Assembly: GCF_006345805.1 (NCBI RefSeq)
Contig: NC_043000.1
Coordinates: 46,314,001-46,378,000, forward strand
Direction: 5' to 3'
Length of the DNA: 64,000 nt
From: Octopus sinensis
Lineage: Eukaryota
Numbering within the stretch: position 1 is the first letter of the stretch; each line of letters starts with the position of its first letter. The position numbers and the translations under genes are program-made. The notes under the pieces are model-generated. The model was not told the origin of the DNA and did no database searches. It worked only from the letters and a program-made list of their open reading frames with translations. Of the stretch, positions 26,760-40,430 are shown piece by piece.

Positions 26760-27117
26760 TATATTAACATGTGTTTGAGATGGGATTGAACTTACAAACC
26801 TTTACCTTTCTCAGCATCACAAGGAGTATTATTATGCTGTAGACCCATCGAACCTTTGCAGTATATGACGTCAAACAGCAATGGTTATGTTGATGATGAT
26901 GATGTGTAGAGTGTATGAAGATTTATTCATAAGGGTTTAATGCAGGTGAATATTGTCCCATACATGCGCAATGTCTGTGTTCTGACACTGTGAAATGAGT
27001 TTCATATTGAAATTGCAGAGAAGAAAAATTTTGAGAAACATTTGTATGCATAGTATATAGGATGTTGAGTTAAGGCAGAGACATCTGTCAATGCAAGTTG
27101 TACTGAAGTGACATCTT

Positions 27118-27349
27118 ATTTCTTTATTGCATACAAGAGGCTAAATATAGAAAGGACAAACAAGGACAGACAAAGAGTTTAAGTCGATTACATCGACCCC
27201 AGTGTGTAACTGGTACTCAATTTATCGACTCCAAGAGGATGAAAGGCAAAGTTGACCTTGGCGGAATTTGAACTCAGAACGTAACAGCAGATGAAATGCC
27301 ACTAAGCATTTCACCTGGCGTGCTAACGTCTCTGCCAGCTCGCCGCCTT
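27118..27349 (-). mobile_element. SINE family B
   Basis: Reverse complement of the 63696 copy. Confidence 0.85.
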
Positions 27350-27607
27350 TGTAGTGACATCTACAAAACTGAGTCTCAGAGTGAAGCATCTCTGAAGGAA
27401 GAATTTCATTTTTGTCAAACTTTTGTAGCTGTAAACTAGGAGTGTTTAATAGGAATTGAGATGGCTTTGTAAGAAGTGATGGTTTGAAGTTAAGTTAGCT
27501 GCAAATAAAGGGATTTGAAATGTGTGCTCTTTTAGTAGGGTTCCCTATGCAAAAACTTAGAAGATTGGAATAATGTGTGAATCTTATGAAATGTAGTTGA
27601 CATGAGT

Positions 27608-27863
27608 ATCTTTTATCCTTTGTTTGTTTCAGTCATTTAACTGACCATGCTGGGGCATCCCCTTGAAGGGTTTTAGTCAAACAAATCAACCCCTGTACTT
27701 AGCTTTTGAGGCCTAGTACTTATTTCATCAGTCTTTTTGCTCAGTCACTTAGCTATGGGGACATAAACACACCATCACCGGTTGTCAAGCAGTAGTGGGG
27801 ACCAAACTGAGACACAAAAACACACACTCATAGACACACACATAAACATATACATATATACAA

Positions 27864-27896
<33 letters not shown>

Positions 27897-28107
27897 CATA
27901 ATACATACATACATATATACATAATACATACATACATATATATATGATAAGCTTCTTTCAGTTTCTGCCTACCAAATCCACTCACAAGGCTTTGGTCAGC
28001 CCGAAGCTATAGTAGAAGACTTTTGTCCAAGGATCCACAAAGTGAGACTGAACCCAAAACCATGTGGTTGTGAAGCAAGTTTATTATCACATAGCCACAC
28101 CTGTGCT
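27608..28107 (-). mobile_element. SINE family A
   Basis: Reverse complement of the 21661 copy, with an internal (TACA)n tract. Confidence 0.85.
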
Positions 28108-30814
28108 TATAACAATATATCTATGTTTATCATATATTCTACACCTTGAAGAATTAGCTTTCCATGAATAATATTTCTTGCCAATGTAGAAAAATTACTT
28201 CATATTTACCTTCAATCTCCAAATTAATTTTTAACCTTAAGATTCCAAAATTTTGTCAATAATGTGATACATTCCATGTTTCTTGCTAGCTACCATCTTA
28301 GAACATTACATTACCATTGACTTCAGTCTTTGCACTAATTGTCAACCATAAGAATTCCAGAGTTAATCATAATTTCAAAGCAAAAGTTGCTTACCATTTC
28401 ATGATTTGTATATATTCAACAATGTTCAAAGAATCTAATACGAAGCTATCACTTTGAATTTTATTGGCTTTTGGTGCTTGTGTTTGTATTGCAATTTCAT
28501 TGCTTGTTTCATTCGCTTTGGAATATTTCAATATTTGCAAATACAAATATATCTAAAACTATTTCTCAAACTTTTTTTTAATATTTGAATAAATATTTGT
28601 TTCAGAAGCAAAAATATCAAAGAAAAAGAGAACATTTTTCTCAAAAAAAAAAAATTCTGCAAGTCATATTTTTTAAAACAATATTTGCATACAAGAGTCA
28701 TTTTAAATGCAAATACAAATATATCACAAATCTTCTGAAAGAAATCAATTTCTTTCGGCAAGTCCACCATACAAATTACAATAATAAACAGTCAGAAAAA
28801 AAAATCGTAAACCTATTCATATTGTGAACATATTGTGATGTCATGTTTAGTAAACCAGACTGTCATTGTGAAAACACACATAAGCAAGCACTTTGTGCGC
28901 CTATTTTGTTTACAGTTTGCAGTTTTACAAAGAGTTTTCATTCTGTTCTCAAATGTCATTATGGTTTTAATTGAAGCTGTCACGTTTGAAAAGCCATTCC
29001 ATTTCAGAGCAGATTAATTAAAATGGGTGTCAAATAACAAGGCATTTTTTAGTCTTCAAAATTCTAAGAGTTTTCTAGCTTGGTATCTTTCAGATCACTT
29101 TTATGCAAAATATTCTGTGACTTTCTAATTAAGCAAACAGTATATACCAAATAGACATTCCAGCTTATGAATTAGAATTTTAATTCAAGGATTCAGACAG
29201 ACCAGCATCTTTGAGAAAAATCTGTCTTAAAAAGATATAGTGGAATAAATTGTACTCAGAAAGAAAAAGAAAAGCACTGCATATTTTTCTTTACAAACAG
29301 AAAATAAACATCTTGATATATGCATTATAAGGATTGTAAACCATTGCCAAACTGTAAGACAGTAATTCTAAACAAGGCTACTTAAAATGCATTCTTTAAG
29401 CAGCATTACTTTATAATTTACAATAGGCTTACAGTAACTCTTAAAGAAAAATTAAAAGAAAAATTTCAAATGTACAAAAATAAAATATATTTAAGCTGTG
29501 TTATCTAGTGGAACACTTTTTATAACTTGCATGATAGAATGGAAAGAATGTTAAAAATTTAATTAACCTTTTATTTCCTATGCTCTGGCAAAATCCAACT
29601 GTATTTTAAGAGATCTATTATGGTTTTACATAATTGTTTTCTCTAAAATGTTTTATTTGAAATGAATTTTAACATTTGACAAGGAAAACAGAGAATAGAA
29701 AAATCTTCCAGAAACAGCAATTTATTGATAACACTGCCAGTTCACCGAGTAGAATCATTCGGTTTTAGGTTAAATTATCTGGTGTATGGCAGTGTCTTTG
29801 TTTTACATAAGATTTTTGTTGGAAAGCAAAACAGATGTTTTGTTGGAAGCAAAATAACAGAATATTTACATCCATTAACAGAACTGTTTACATCCATTAA
29901 CAAGACATGTATCCTACAACGGTTAGCTGATTTGTATTTGACCCCAAGACAAAATTAATGAGTAGTTGAAAATATATTGCTTTGTTTAACCTATCCCCAA
30001 CTTTGATATATTTTATTGTAAGTGGAATAAGTTTTGTGCTAAATATGAAGTGAAATAAGCACTAGTATGTTGGTTGATAGTGAATTAAATATATAAAAAA
30101 GAGTTCCAAGAAAACTACAAATGTGGGTTTCGTTTTTGGATTTGGTTTGCAAGATTCTTTATGTGAGTTCGTGTGTTGAAGCATATTCTGTTGTGTCTGG
30201 GGAGAGTCAATTTCTTTTTGTGTCTTATAATTTAACACACTCACCAGTAAAATTTCCACTTATTTCATATTTTTAATTTCCTAAAATATGTGTATTTAGA
30301 GAGATAGGAAAATAAAGAATATAAATAATGTTCATTTGTATCCTCTGTCTAGCTTCACCTGGAAAATGTGCCAAGCCAATGAGTGGGCTTCTACACAGTC
30401 ACTTAGCCTGCTAGAAATAACAACCAATTCACCCTCAAATCACACCCTATCATATACAAGTAAAGAATGATATATTGAACATGGCAAATCTATGATATAC
30501 ACAGACAAGATTGTCTCAACAAGAACATCCTTGATTACAGGTCTGCTCATAAACAGCTCATACATCATAACTTAATTTACGAAGCATAAATCACTTAAAC
30601 TCAGATGTTAGGATGTTTTACTACTGATTACAAGTTGATTATTAATTCAAAGCTTATAACTGTTATTTAGTTGTCTTCTTGTGCGTAGTTGCATTTTCTC
30701 AACATAAAAATGGGTTTCTCACTTTCAAAATTAAGTATTTAGCTGTTGGAAGGACACCCAGCTGTAATAAGCCATGCTGTTCATAGTTGTACAATAAACT
30801 GATTCCAAATCATC

Positions 30815-32048
30815 TTGTCCTTTTTGTTGAACCTTTGCTCTGAAAGAACCAAAATGGATTCAGACATGGGCGCTCAACGCTGAGCCAGATACTATGCCTA
30901 TGCAGACTTATTGAAGAATCAAAAGCATTTAATCGCGATCTTGCAATGGTGTTTGTGGACTTTCCTAAAGCGTTCGACTCTGTAGATAAGTACAAGATGT
31001 TTGAAATCCTTAAGCTCTATGGGATACCAGACAAAATCATTTCTGCCATCAAGGTCCTCTACACAGATATGTTTTCAACCATCTTAACCCCTGACGGAGA
31101 AACAGCATCTTTCTCAATCAAAGCCGGAATACTGCAGGGATACACACTCGCCCCATTTCTCTTCATCATTGTCGTTGACTATGTGCTACGTATGTCAGTT
31201 GATACCATTTCTGGCAAGGGCTTTGAAATAAAACCTAGAAGAAGTTCCAGACACCCAGCTGAATACTTGACAGACACTGACTTTGCTGACGACATCGCTC
31301 TTATCAGTGATTCTCTCTCCAATGTCCAGTCTCTTTTACAACCTCTCGAACAAGCTTCAAATTGTGTAGGTTTTTACCTCAATGAGGCCAAGACTGAATA
31401 TATAAACAAGTGCCTGTCCAACAGTGATTGCATCATCCATACTCTCAACAAGGCGCCCTTAAATATGGTTTCTGATTACAAATATCTTGGGTCATACATA
31501 TCATCATCTGAAAAAGATTTTTTAACTAGTATGGGTATGGGCTGGTCAGCCTGTAATGACATGCATAAGATCTGGTCATCAAATCTAAGTAGAGACTTCA
31601 AACTTGAAATATTCAAAGCCACAGTCGAACCAATCCTACTATATGGCTCAGAAACCTGGACATTATCAAAGAAGCTTGAGAGGCAGTTGGATGGAACCTA
31701 CACTCACCTCCTTATGAGAGCTCAAAATCTCTCGTGAAAGCGTCATCCAACCAAAATGCAAATATATGGGAAACTACCACCTGTATCATCTCTTGTGAAA
31801 GGTAGGAGAGTCCAGTTTGCTGGACATTGTTGAAGAGCTGAAAACGAGGCGATTTTTACTCTTCTCCTCTGGAAGCCATCTACTAGCTATACCAGAGGGC
31901 GCACACTCTCCTACCCTGATGTAATCTCCAGGGATACAGGCATCCAGCAACAGGACCTCCGTAATTCTATGATGGACCGTGAAGTCTGGCATAGCATGGT
32001 AAATTCCATTGTCTCGACCATGGTCGAACAGTGATGAGGATAAGGATG
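30815..32048 (+). mobile_element. 5'-truncated RTE-clade LINE with RT ORF remnant (30946-31737)
   Basis: QNGFRHGRST..VFVDFPKAFDSV..GILQGYTLAPFLF..DFADDIAL..YKYLGS..LLYGSETWTL. In-frame stops flank the ORF. Short (GAT/GAG) tail. Confidence 0.92.
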
Positions 32049-33830
32049 TTCATAGTTAGATTGTAAAAGAGAGAAATATTGAAATGCTTGTAAAGGATGA
32101 GAGCACACAGTTTAAGGATAATGAATATGATACTGTTGTGACTGTTTGCCTTGCTGGGTTGGAGCAATAAGAGTTGCTTTTTTTATATAGAGATTGTATG
32201 TACATGGTGGAGTACTTTGGGAGAATTCAGAAGAGTAGATTTGTTAGGGCTTAATATATGTAATGTGGAAATGGAGGTGAAGCAGTTAGCGAATTTGGAA
32301 AGTTTTCTGTCTTAGTGGAAGTGAAGTTAACAAAAACCTTCTTTGTTGTGGAGTGGTTGATAGAAGCATTCAGAACAGTAAGAAAACACTTGGCTGATAA
32401 AGGACCAGATGCAGTTTAGGAGGGGAGAGAACATGGCACCTTTATTTTTCTGATTAGTTAGATAAAGCATGTGATTATGAGGTCCTTCTAGTCTTGTCTC
32501 ATCAAGCATTATTCAACCACTCTAGTGTTGGTACTACAAGAAAATACACCCTCTACACTATGTAAAGTGATTGACAGAAAAGAGGACATCCACGCATAGA
32601 AACTTAGCCGAATGCTATGTATTGGTACCTAGTCCTTCAAAGAATTAACTAATGATGGGCATGACTCCACTCATGATGACCTGTGCCTGCACAGAAGGCA
32701 GGTCATCATCATCATCGTCATTGTTTAAATCCTGCTTCCCATGCTGGCATGGGCTGGAAGGTTTGACATGGACTTGGCTAGTAAGGAGTTGTCCAGACTC
32801 CAGTTGAGGCAAGGTTTCTATAGATGGATGCCCTTCCTAATGCCAACCACTTAACAGAGTGTGCTGGTTGCTTTTTACGTGCCACCAGCATGGGTGAGTT
32901 TATGCAGCACTGGCACAGATGCTTTTTATGTGCCACCAGCACCTGAAAGGACAAGCCTATATGTGTGGAAGACAGTGATTATACTTAGCTTGACATGTCT
33001 TATCAAGGACAAAAAATCGGCACATCCCCCAGTCCCTTGTCATTTTTTTCAGTGAGGCTCAGCATCCAAAGATCCTTTCTTACCAAGGTTCTATTTTACC
33101 AGATGTAAAAAGATAATAATGCTGCTGATGATTGTAGTTTTGTAGGCATTGTCATGATAAATAAAATATTCCCAGTAGGTGGCAGTGATGAGAGGGTTTC
33201 GGCTTCAACAGCCTTTGTGGTACAAGGGATATAATGTATGTAGGATAAAGATACATGTAGGATAATAGTTTCAATTACTATCTTCACTATCTCAGATATG
33301 TTCAGGTGTAAACATATTTGCAGCTAAGAGTAGTTGATACAGAACTAGTGATGTTCTAACCAATTAGTTCACTGAAGTTTTGGGGTGGGATTGTTTGTGT
33401 GGTATAAGGTACTGAGGTGTGTGGCTTGATTTAAGTAATGCTCGTGCCTTTTAAGGATGCAGAAATGTAGCTAAATGAAGAATCGGCTGTTTTTAAGGCG
33501 AAGAAAAGATCAAGAGTAGTTGATATATAGGGATGTCTGTTAATGATACGAGTAGGTGAAGATTAATAACAGGTGCAGACACTTCAAAAATAGCAAATGA
33601 TTCAACCTCTACAACAGTAGTACCAGTGTGAGAGGAATACAAGAGTTCAGAGTATATGTGGATACTGAAGTCTGGTGACCTCAAAGAGATGAAATGAGAC
33701 AGGTGTCTTTGATGTAAGCAGTAGAAACTTCAAATGAACTTAAAAGGATTAGAAAGGAAGAAAGATTTAGAGTCAGGTTAGCTGGAATTTACAATTACTG
33801 AAGTTTAGGCGGAGAAATAAATTATGAATT
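32049..33830 (-). pseudogene. Highly decayed CR1/Jockey-like LINE ORF2 fragments
   Basis: PSKANSHNSIIFIILKLCALIL..FNISL resembles the KA.GPD.I...LK.CA..L..LFN.SL motif. The upstream extent is uncertain and is interrupted by an RTE tail. Confidence 0.45.
32703..33080 (-). mobile_element. RTE-family 3' end fragment (diverged subfamily)
   Basis: catcatcgtcattgtttaaatcctgcttcccatgctggcatggg...gcttttttacgtgccacc units. Confidence 0.7.
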
Positions 33831-35644
33831 CCATGCCAGCATAAACATCATCCTTAAGAACTGAGCTAAACAACAAACTTTGACTTAATTACTTGATTTG
33901 TTAAAAATAGCAAATTAACTTTCTTCAAATTGTTTTAAATATAAATAAAAATATGTCTGGCAATATAGTCGCTTGTGCATATAAAGATGAATTAGTCATG
34001 GCTTGGAGGTTTTTCATGATAGATCTGCTTGGTTAGAGTTGATTTGGGTATTAAACAACAAGCTGGAGAAAAGAGTGTGACCAGAATGCAAAGCTAGGTT
34101 AGAAAATGAAATTAGAGATATATGTATAAGAATCAAATGTATAGTTTCTTTAATAGCTTCAGATAGTGGGTGTAGTGCAGTTTGGAATAAAATCTATGGA
34201 TATCTCAGTAGATTTATAAAGATTCTAATTTTATAAAATTTTTGTTTGCTGCAGCTTTTAGAAAGAGAAAAACCAAAAGCATCTACTTAAGAGTTACCAC
34301 TAGCCACTATTTTGATCCTAATAAACAGTCCAATGGAAAATCCTGTTTTATGTGGCATCAGTAATGAACTGAGAAAGAAAGCAAAACAGATCAGCCTCCT
34401 CAAGTTGATCTATCAATGAGCAACCTTGGAGCCAGATTTCTATGTTGTGTAATGACAATTTTTCCTAAGAAAACCTTTTTCCCTTGTACCCACTGACAAA
34501 CACTGCTTTCTAAATCAGTGTGTCAAAAGACTGCATTATTCTAAAACCAAGGACCTGGTCCAGTGAACTCTCCTAAAGGTATCCAAAGGCCAGATAATGC
34601 TAATAAAATGGACATCCTTTTAGGCTTATCACATATTCCAAAATGAAAAACTGCCATGATATTTTATTGTGAGACATCACTCTAGAAACTGTATTTGTGA
34701 ACTCAGCTTCCAAACGTGCCAAGAATTAGTCAGATAGGTTGCCTTCTCTGCAGCTATAGAAGTTTCGTCTCTATTGCTAATGAATAAAAACAGAAATGAC
34801 ATTATTTTACCTTATGAATGAGACATCACTCAATAAATATGAGAAGCATTCAAGTCACAAGCAATAACTGAGTCAAATGTTATAAATTACAAGTTCTTTA
34901 AAAATATTACCGAAAAGAACAGAAACTAGATTTTCTTCTAGCCTTACGGAATTCACAAAAACACACACTTTACATTCTGGATTTTTCTTAAATAAACTCA
35001 TGCTATTTTATTGGTTTCAATGAGTAGGCTCTGACCAGCCTGTTGCACTGCCTTAATTGACAATCACAAAATATTTATTGCATAACAAATGATACTTTCA
35101 AATAACAGCAATAATAATAATAGCAACAGCAGCAACACCACCAACAACAATGACAACAACAATAACAACAACAATAATAATCAATATTTTTTTAGGAAGT
35201 GAAAATATTTTACTATATCTGTTTTTCTTTTTTCTGTCTTTTTTTTTCTAGCAAGACACAGAAAGGAAAAAAATATTTGTTTTTGAGAATCATTCATGCT
35301 TGAATTTTTTTTACTTATTGTAAAAAGGAAAGTGGAATCTTTTGATTTTATTATTATTTTTATTTATGCAGACCAAATGTTGAGAAAATATAATACAACC
35401 ATATATAAGTTAATCTCAAAAACTAGACAAAATATGACTGAAGATTAGAATTATATTGAAAGTAGAAAATTGTCAGACCACAGGATAATTTACTTTCAAA
35501 TAATACAAAACAATCTCTCTGTCACTTTCTCTCTCACAAACACATCCTAAATATATAATTACTTTCCACTTCATTTCACATAACATTATTCTAAGTTTAC
35601 ACCAAATATGTTAGCATATATATGTATTATATCTGTCTGTCTCT

Positions 35645-35715
<71 letters not shown>

Positions 35716-36248
35716 ATATAAACTTTTACTGAATTCCATCTTTAAGCTATTGTATAATATATTCTAAAAGTCTGAATACTTTTAATATCAAGTAATATCA
35801 AATTTTATGCTTAAAAATTATTATTATTATTTCTTTTTTGTTCTGTATTTCAAAAAATGTGAAGGCAATATGAAGCTTTGTGCTTTGCTATATTATTTAC
35901 AAAAAAAAAAACGGTCAGAAAAACAACTCAAAAACAAAATTGAGCTTAACATGAAGGAAACTACTCATTTCTTATGCCTCTGAAATAATCTCTAAACCTG
36001 CAACCCTGAGATTAAACAACTTCAGTCCTATATTAATCCTTATCTTTACTTGTCATATAAGAATGGCTCATGGAATTTAAACATAACATAATCCCTTTCA
36101 AACTTTTCTTAATTTAGGAGTTTGATAAAAATAACAATATTGCTGAATTTATTTCTGGTTACATCTAATTCCATAGTTCTCAAGATGACGAGAAATTTTC
36201 TTTAGGTGTCAAAAGAGGGAAATGAAATAAAAAAAGTAAAGTCCTTAC

Positions 36249-36284
36249 CGAGGAAGCTCTGAACAAATTCAGAGATGGTTGATA
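36249..36284 (-). CDS. Candidate 36-nt exon (STISEFVQSFL in phase 1)
   Basis: gagttttatag|TATCAACCATCTCTGAATTTGTTCAGAGCTTCCTCG|gtaagg. Confidence 0.35.
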
Positions 36285-36699
36285 CTATAAAACTCTAGGC
36301 TATCTACTTTATAGTCTTTAGTCATAACTCACTATGTTCTGTGTTCAAATCTTATGATATCCATTATCCTTAAACAGTGTGCTTTCATCCTTACCAAACT
36401 TTTCAATATTTCTGTATGATATATTTCTTAGAGCATGGCTTATTACAGCTGGGTGTCCTCCCAACAGCTAAACACTTAATTTCAAAGGAGAGAGAGAGAG
36501 ACCCATTTTTATGTTTAGAAAGTGCAACTTTACTTTCCATTCATCATTCAGTGGATAATAAAATAAGCAGTATTAATGCCATTTATGTCATATTTAAATA
36601 ATAAAGTGGCTATTTTGTACACATAATTTATTCTCCTTGTTCAACACTAATAAAATACCCAGAGAGAAAAATAGTGGAGTAATGTCACATGTACTTTTA

Positions 36700-37084
36700 T
36701 CGTCAGAATGGCAAAGACCTAGTCATCCTGCAGTTGGGGTTGGGATTGAGTTTGTGGGTGCATTGGTAACTCATCAGATCAATCCATGTCTAGAATGTTC
36801 TCTGGCAGTATAGGTTAGGAATAATAGTGGTATTAGGGGATTTGATACAGCTGGTTCACCTGGCTGGCCTGTTTTGAACAACTGCAGCAGCTTGTTGGCT
36901 TTGCAGATCTGCATATCATTGCAGATAACTGATTTTCACTTGCCTCTGTCCTAAGCTATCTGCTTTTATGTGACATGGCTGACACTGAAGGCCTTTAGAG
37001 AAGCTTTTAAAGTGTCTTTGAAATGCTCTTTCTGGTTTCCCTGGAAGCATTTGCCTCCTTGAAGTTCACCACATTGTAATTTCT
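36700..37084 (-). pseudogene. RTE/BovB-like ORF C-terminal remnant
   Basis: KKLQCGELQGGKCFQGNQKEHFKDTLKASLKAF..IA*DRGK*, then YCQRTF..IDLMS (remnant C2H2 zinc finger). Confidence 0.7.
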
Positions 37085-37322
37085 TTAACGATTTAGCATT
37101 CAGACTATTCTGTTTAATGTAATACTTATTAATCACATTGTTTTGAATTAATTAAGCATTATCTCATAGATTTGAGATTTCGATGATGTGACTGTTTATT
37201 TTTATGAGGACATGGTAGGATAGGTGTGAGAGTTCAGATCTGGCTGGTTTAAACAATAAAACAAGTAGAACATTTTGACTGGATCTGGCTAGATCTGGCC
37301 AGTTCAAATGCTTAAAGGTTAG
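37085..37322. mobile_element. TTAA-type (piggyBac-like) MITE
   Basis: Ends ttaacgatttagcatt ... aatgcttaaaggttag are degenerate inverted repeats of ttaaccctttagcatt. Confidence 0.55.
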
Positions 37323-37324
37323 CC

Positions 37325-37452
37325 TCATAAGGCTTCAAGCAAAACAAAGGTGATTACAGACACAATCGATATCTTCCTTTTTGCTGATGACCATGCTCTT
37401 AATAGTGCCACCAAAACTGACATCCAGTACTGCACTGACAAGCTCTCAATAT
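37325..37452 (+). pseudogene. RTE/BovB-like RT catalytic core fragment
   Basis: KTKVITDTIDIFLFADDHALNSATKTDIQYCTDKLS. Confidence 0.7.
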
Positions 37453-37466
37453 GTATGCACAAATAA

Positions 37467-37680
37467 GGTAGTGAGCTTGCAGAAACGTTAGCACGCTGGG
37501 AGAAATGCCTGGCGGTATTTCATCCGTCTTTGTGTTCTGAGTTCAAATTCTGCCGAGGTTGACTTTGCCTTTCATCCTTTCAGGGTTGATAAAACAAATA
37601 CCAGTTGTACACTGGATCTTTGTAATCAGTTCATCTTTTCCTCCAAAAATTGCTGGCCTTGCACCAAAATTTGAAACCAG
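37467..37680 (+). mobile_element. SINE family B
   Basis: Homologous to 63696. Confidence 0.85.
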
Positions 37681-37769
37681 TATCCATACAGAAATCTATC
37701 TATCCATCTATCTGTCTATCCATCTATATATATATATATATTATATATATATATATACATATGTATATA

Positions 37770-38112
37770 TTCTTTTATTCTTTAACTGGTTTCAGCCATA
37801 TGGCTGCAGCCATGCGGGAGCACCACCTTTTGTTGAACAAATCAACCCCAGGACTTATTCTATTGGTCTCTTTTGCCTTCTGTTAAGTTACAGTGACATA
37901 AACACACCAACATCAGTTGTCAAGTGATGGTGGGGTGAGCAACACATACAAATACACACACACATACATACATACATACATACATACATACATACATACA
38001 TACATACATACATACATACATACATACATAAATAGATAGATAGAAGATAGAGAGATAGATAAACAGAGAGATAGATAGACAGAGAGATAGATAGCTAGAG
38101 AGATAGATAGAC

Positions 38113-38173
<61 letters not shown>

Positions 38174-38232
38174 CAATAGGCTTCTTTCAGTTTCCATCTA
38201 CCAAACCCACTCACAAGGCTTTTGTTGGCCTG
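37770..38232 (-). mobile_element. SINE family A lacking its head, with expanded (TACA)n/(GATA)n
   Basis: Reverse complement of the family A body. Confidence 0.8.
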
Positions 38233-38269
38233 AGATGGAAACTGAAAGAAGCCTATTGTATCTATCTGA

Positions 38270-38570
38270 GAGGAAAGTTGGACATAAGAAGCATCAGATG
38301 TGGTGTGATCAAGTGTTGTGTATGGTTGAGGACAACTATATGAAAAAGTGTCAAACCCTAGCAGCAGAGGGAACTTATGGAAAAGGTAGACCCAGGAAAA
38401 CCTGGGATGAGGTGGTGAAACACGACCTTTGAACACTGGGTCACATGGAGGCAATGATTAGTGACCGAGGCCTTTGGAGACATGCTGTGCCTCAGATGAC
38501 CTGGCAAGCCAAGTGAGACCATGACCATGCCTACGCCAGTGCAGCATAACTGGCCCATTTAAGAGTAACT
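38270..38570 (+). mobile_element. RTE LINE C-terminal fragment
   Basis: MVEDNYMKKCQTLAAEGTYGKGRPRKTWDEVVKHDL. Confidence 0.8.
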
Positions 38571-38844
38571 GTGTGTATATATATATATATATATGTGTAT
38601 GTGTGTGTGTATACGTATGTATGTGTGTGTATATGTTTGTGTGTCTGTGTTTGTCTCCCACAACATCGCTTGACAATCGATGTTGGTACATTTACGTCCC
38701 TATGTCTTAGTGGTTTGGCAAAAGAGCCTGATAGAATAAGTACTAGGCTTACAAAGAATAAGTCTTGGGGGTCGATTTGTTTGGCTAAAGGTGGTGCTCC
38801 AACATGGCTGCAGTCAAATGAGTGAAACCAGCAAAAGAATAAAA

Positions 38845-38847
<3 letters not shown>
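38571..38847 (+). mobile_element. SINE family A 3' half
   Basis: tgtgtttgtctcccacaacatcgcttgacaa...gatagaataagtactaggcttacaaagaataag. Confidence 0.8.
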
Positions 38848-38898
<51 letters not shown>

Positions 38899-38903
38899 GT
38901 ATG

Positions 38904-38937
<34 letters not shown>

Positions 38938-40175
38938 TGTATGTATGTATGCATGTATGTTTGCATGTATGTATGTAAATCTGTTAATGTTTGTTTTATG
39001 TCAAGTTATATCTCGAATTTGATATTAAACATTTAACTGAAAGATTACTCAATACTTACTAATGGAATCTACATTTAACTTTTATAATAAAAATGACTGA
39101 CAGTTGCTTTGAAGTTTCAGATTGCTTCATCTGATGAAGGTGAGCAATCCAAAGTTTGATGTCAGTGTCAACTTTTTTCTTATAAAAATTCATATATATA
39201 TATATATATATACATACCTACATACATATATACACACATTTATATATCTATATATATATACATATCTATTTCTGTCAGTCTGTCTGTCTGTCTATCTCTC
39301 TCTCTCTCTTTCTCTCCCTATGCATATATATATATATATGTGTGTGTGTATGTGTGTGTGTGTGTGTACAAATATGTATGTATGATTAGGTCAGTAAATA
39401 TAACATTGCAAAGAACTTATTCATTAATAATTTAATTTGAACAATTTCAAGTCTTTCTAAAAAAAATATTTTTCCCTCGAGTGTACGTAGAATGAATATC
39501 TCACCTGGTTTATAACAAAATACAGTTATTGATTTAGCTTTGAATCTTTTTATAGCATATAAAAGAAAAATGAAATGTTAATTATAAATAAAATGAAATA
39601 GTCTCTGTTGTCTGAGTCTTTGGGATATTAACCTGTTGGCCAAATGATTACTAGTTCAGTCACAATCATTGGTTTCTGCAAAAGACACTTAATTCTGAAG
39701 ATTATGAATAAATTCTTGTACACTTGCATATTACACAGAATAACAGTCTGAGGTGCATAACAGAAAAATCTGTAGTGAATATCCTGTCAACTATCTAGTT
39801 ATTCCTCAGTCTTGGTATCCATCTAATCAATTTCTTAAATAAACACTAATAAATATAAAAACAATAAAATACTTGTGGAATTTATTTTATATAGAGATTG
39901 ACTAGACTGGTTCCTTTTTTGCTGTTGCTTGTTTAAGTCATTTGGGCTATACACATGCTGGGGTACAACCTTGAAATGTCTTAGTCTAATGAACTGACCC
40001 CAGCATTTATTTTCTTTTAAAAACTGGCATTTAGAAATAAAGGTTATCTCTATAGATATTCTATAGAAATTATTGCCAACACTGATTTTTGTTGCGACAT
40101 TTTATTGTTTACTTACATCTGATGTCTTGGATACGAAATGTCATAACAAAAATTAGTGCTGGCTATAATTTCTTT

Positions 40176-40425
40176 GTGGAGACGCATGGCTCAGTGGTTA
40201 GGGTGTTGAACTCATGATCGTAAAGTTGTGATTTCGATTCCTGGACTGGGTGATGCATTGTGTTCTTGAGCAAAACACTTCATTTCACGTTGCTCCAGTC
40301 CACTCAGCTGGCAAAAATGAGTAATCCTGCGACGGACTGGCGTCCCGTCCAGGTGGGGAATTTGTATGCCACTGAAACAGGGAAACCAGTCCTTATGAGC
40401 CTGGCATAGCTCGAGAAGGAACATT
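40176..40425 (+). mobile_element. SINE family D
   Basis: Box A tggctcagtgg and box B gtgatttcgattcc. Confidence 0.85.
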
Positions 40426-40430
40426 TATTA

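Noticed and set aside
28395-28434. Further minus-strand exon candidates (40 nt here; 7 nt near 29432; 9 nt near 39061; 15/26 nt near 46941)
   Set aside because: Weak acceptors, or frame-incompatible without extra assumptions. Worth checking only with RNA-seq.
30946-31737. Intact or domesticated reverse transcriptase gene
   Set aside because: 5'-truncated, with in-frame stops on both sides and altered motifs. It is an ordinary dead RTE copy.
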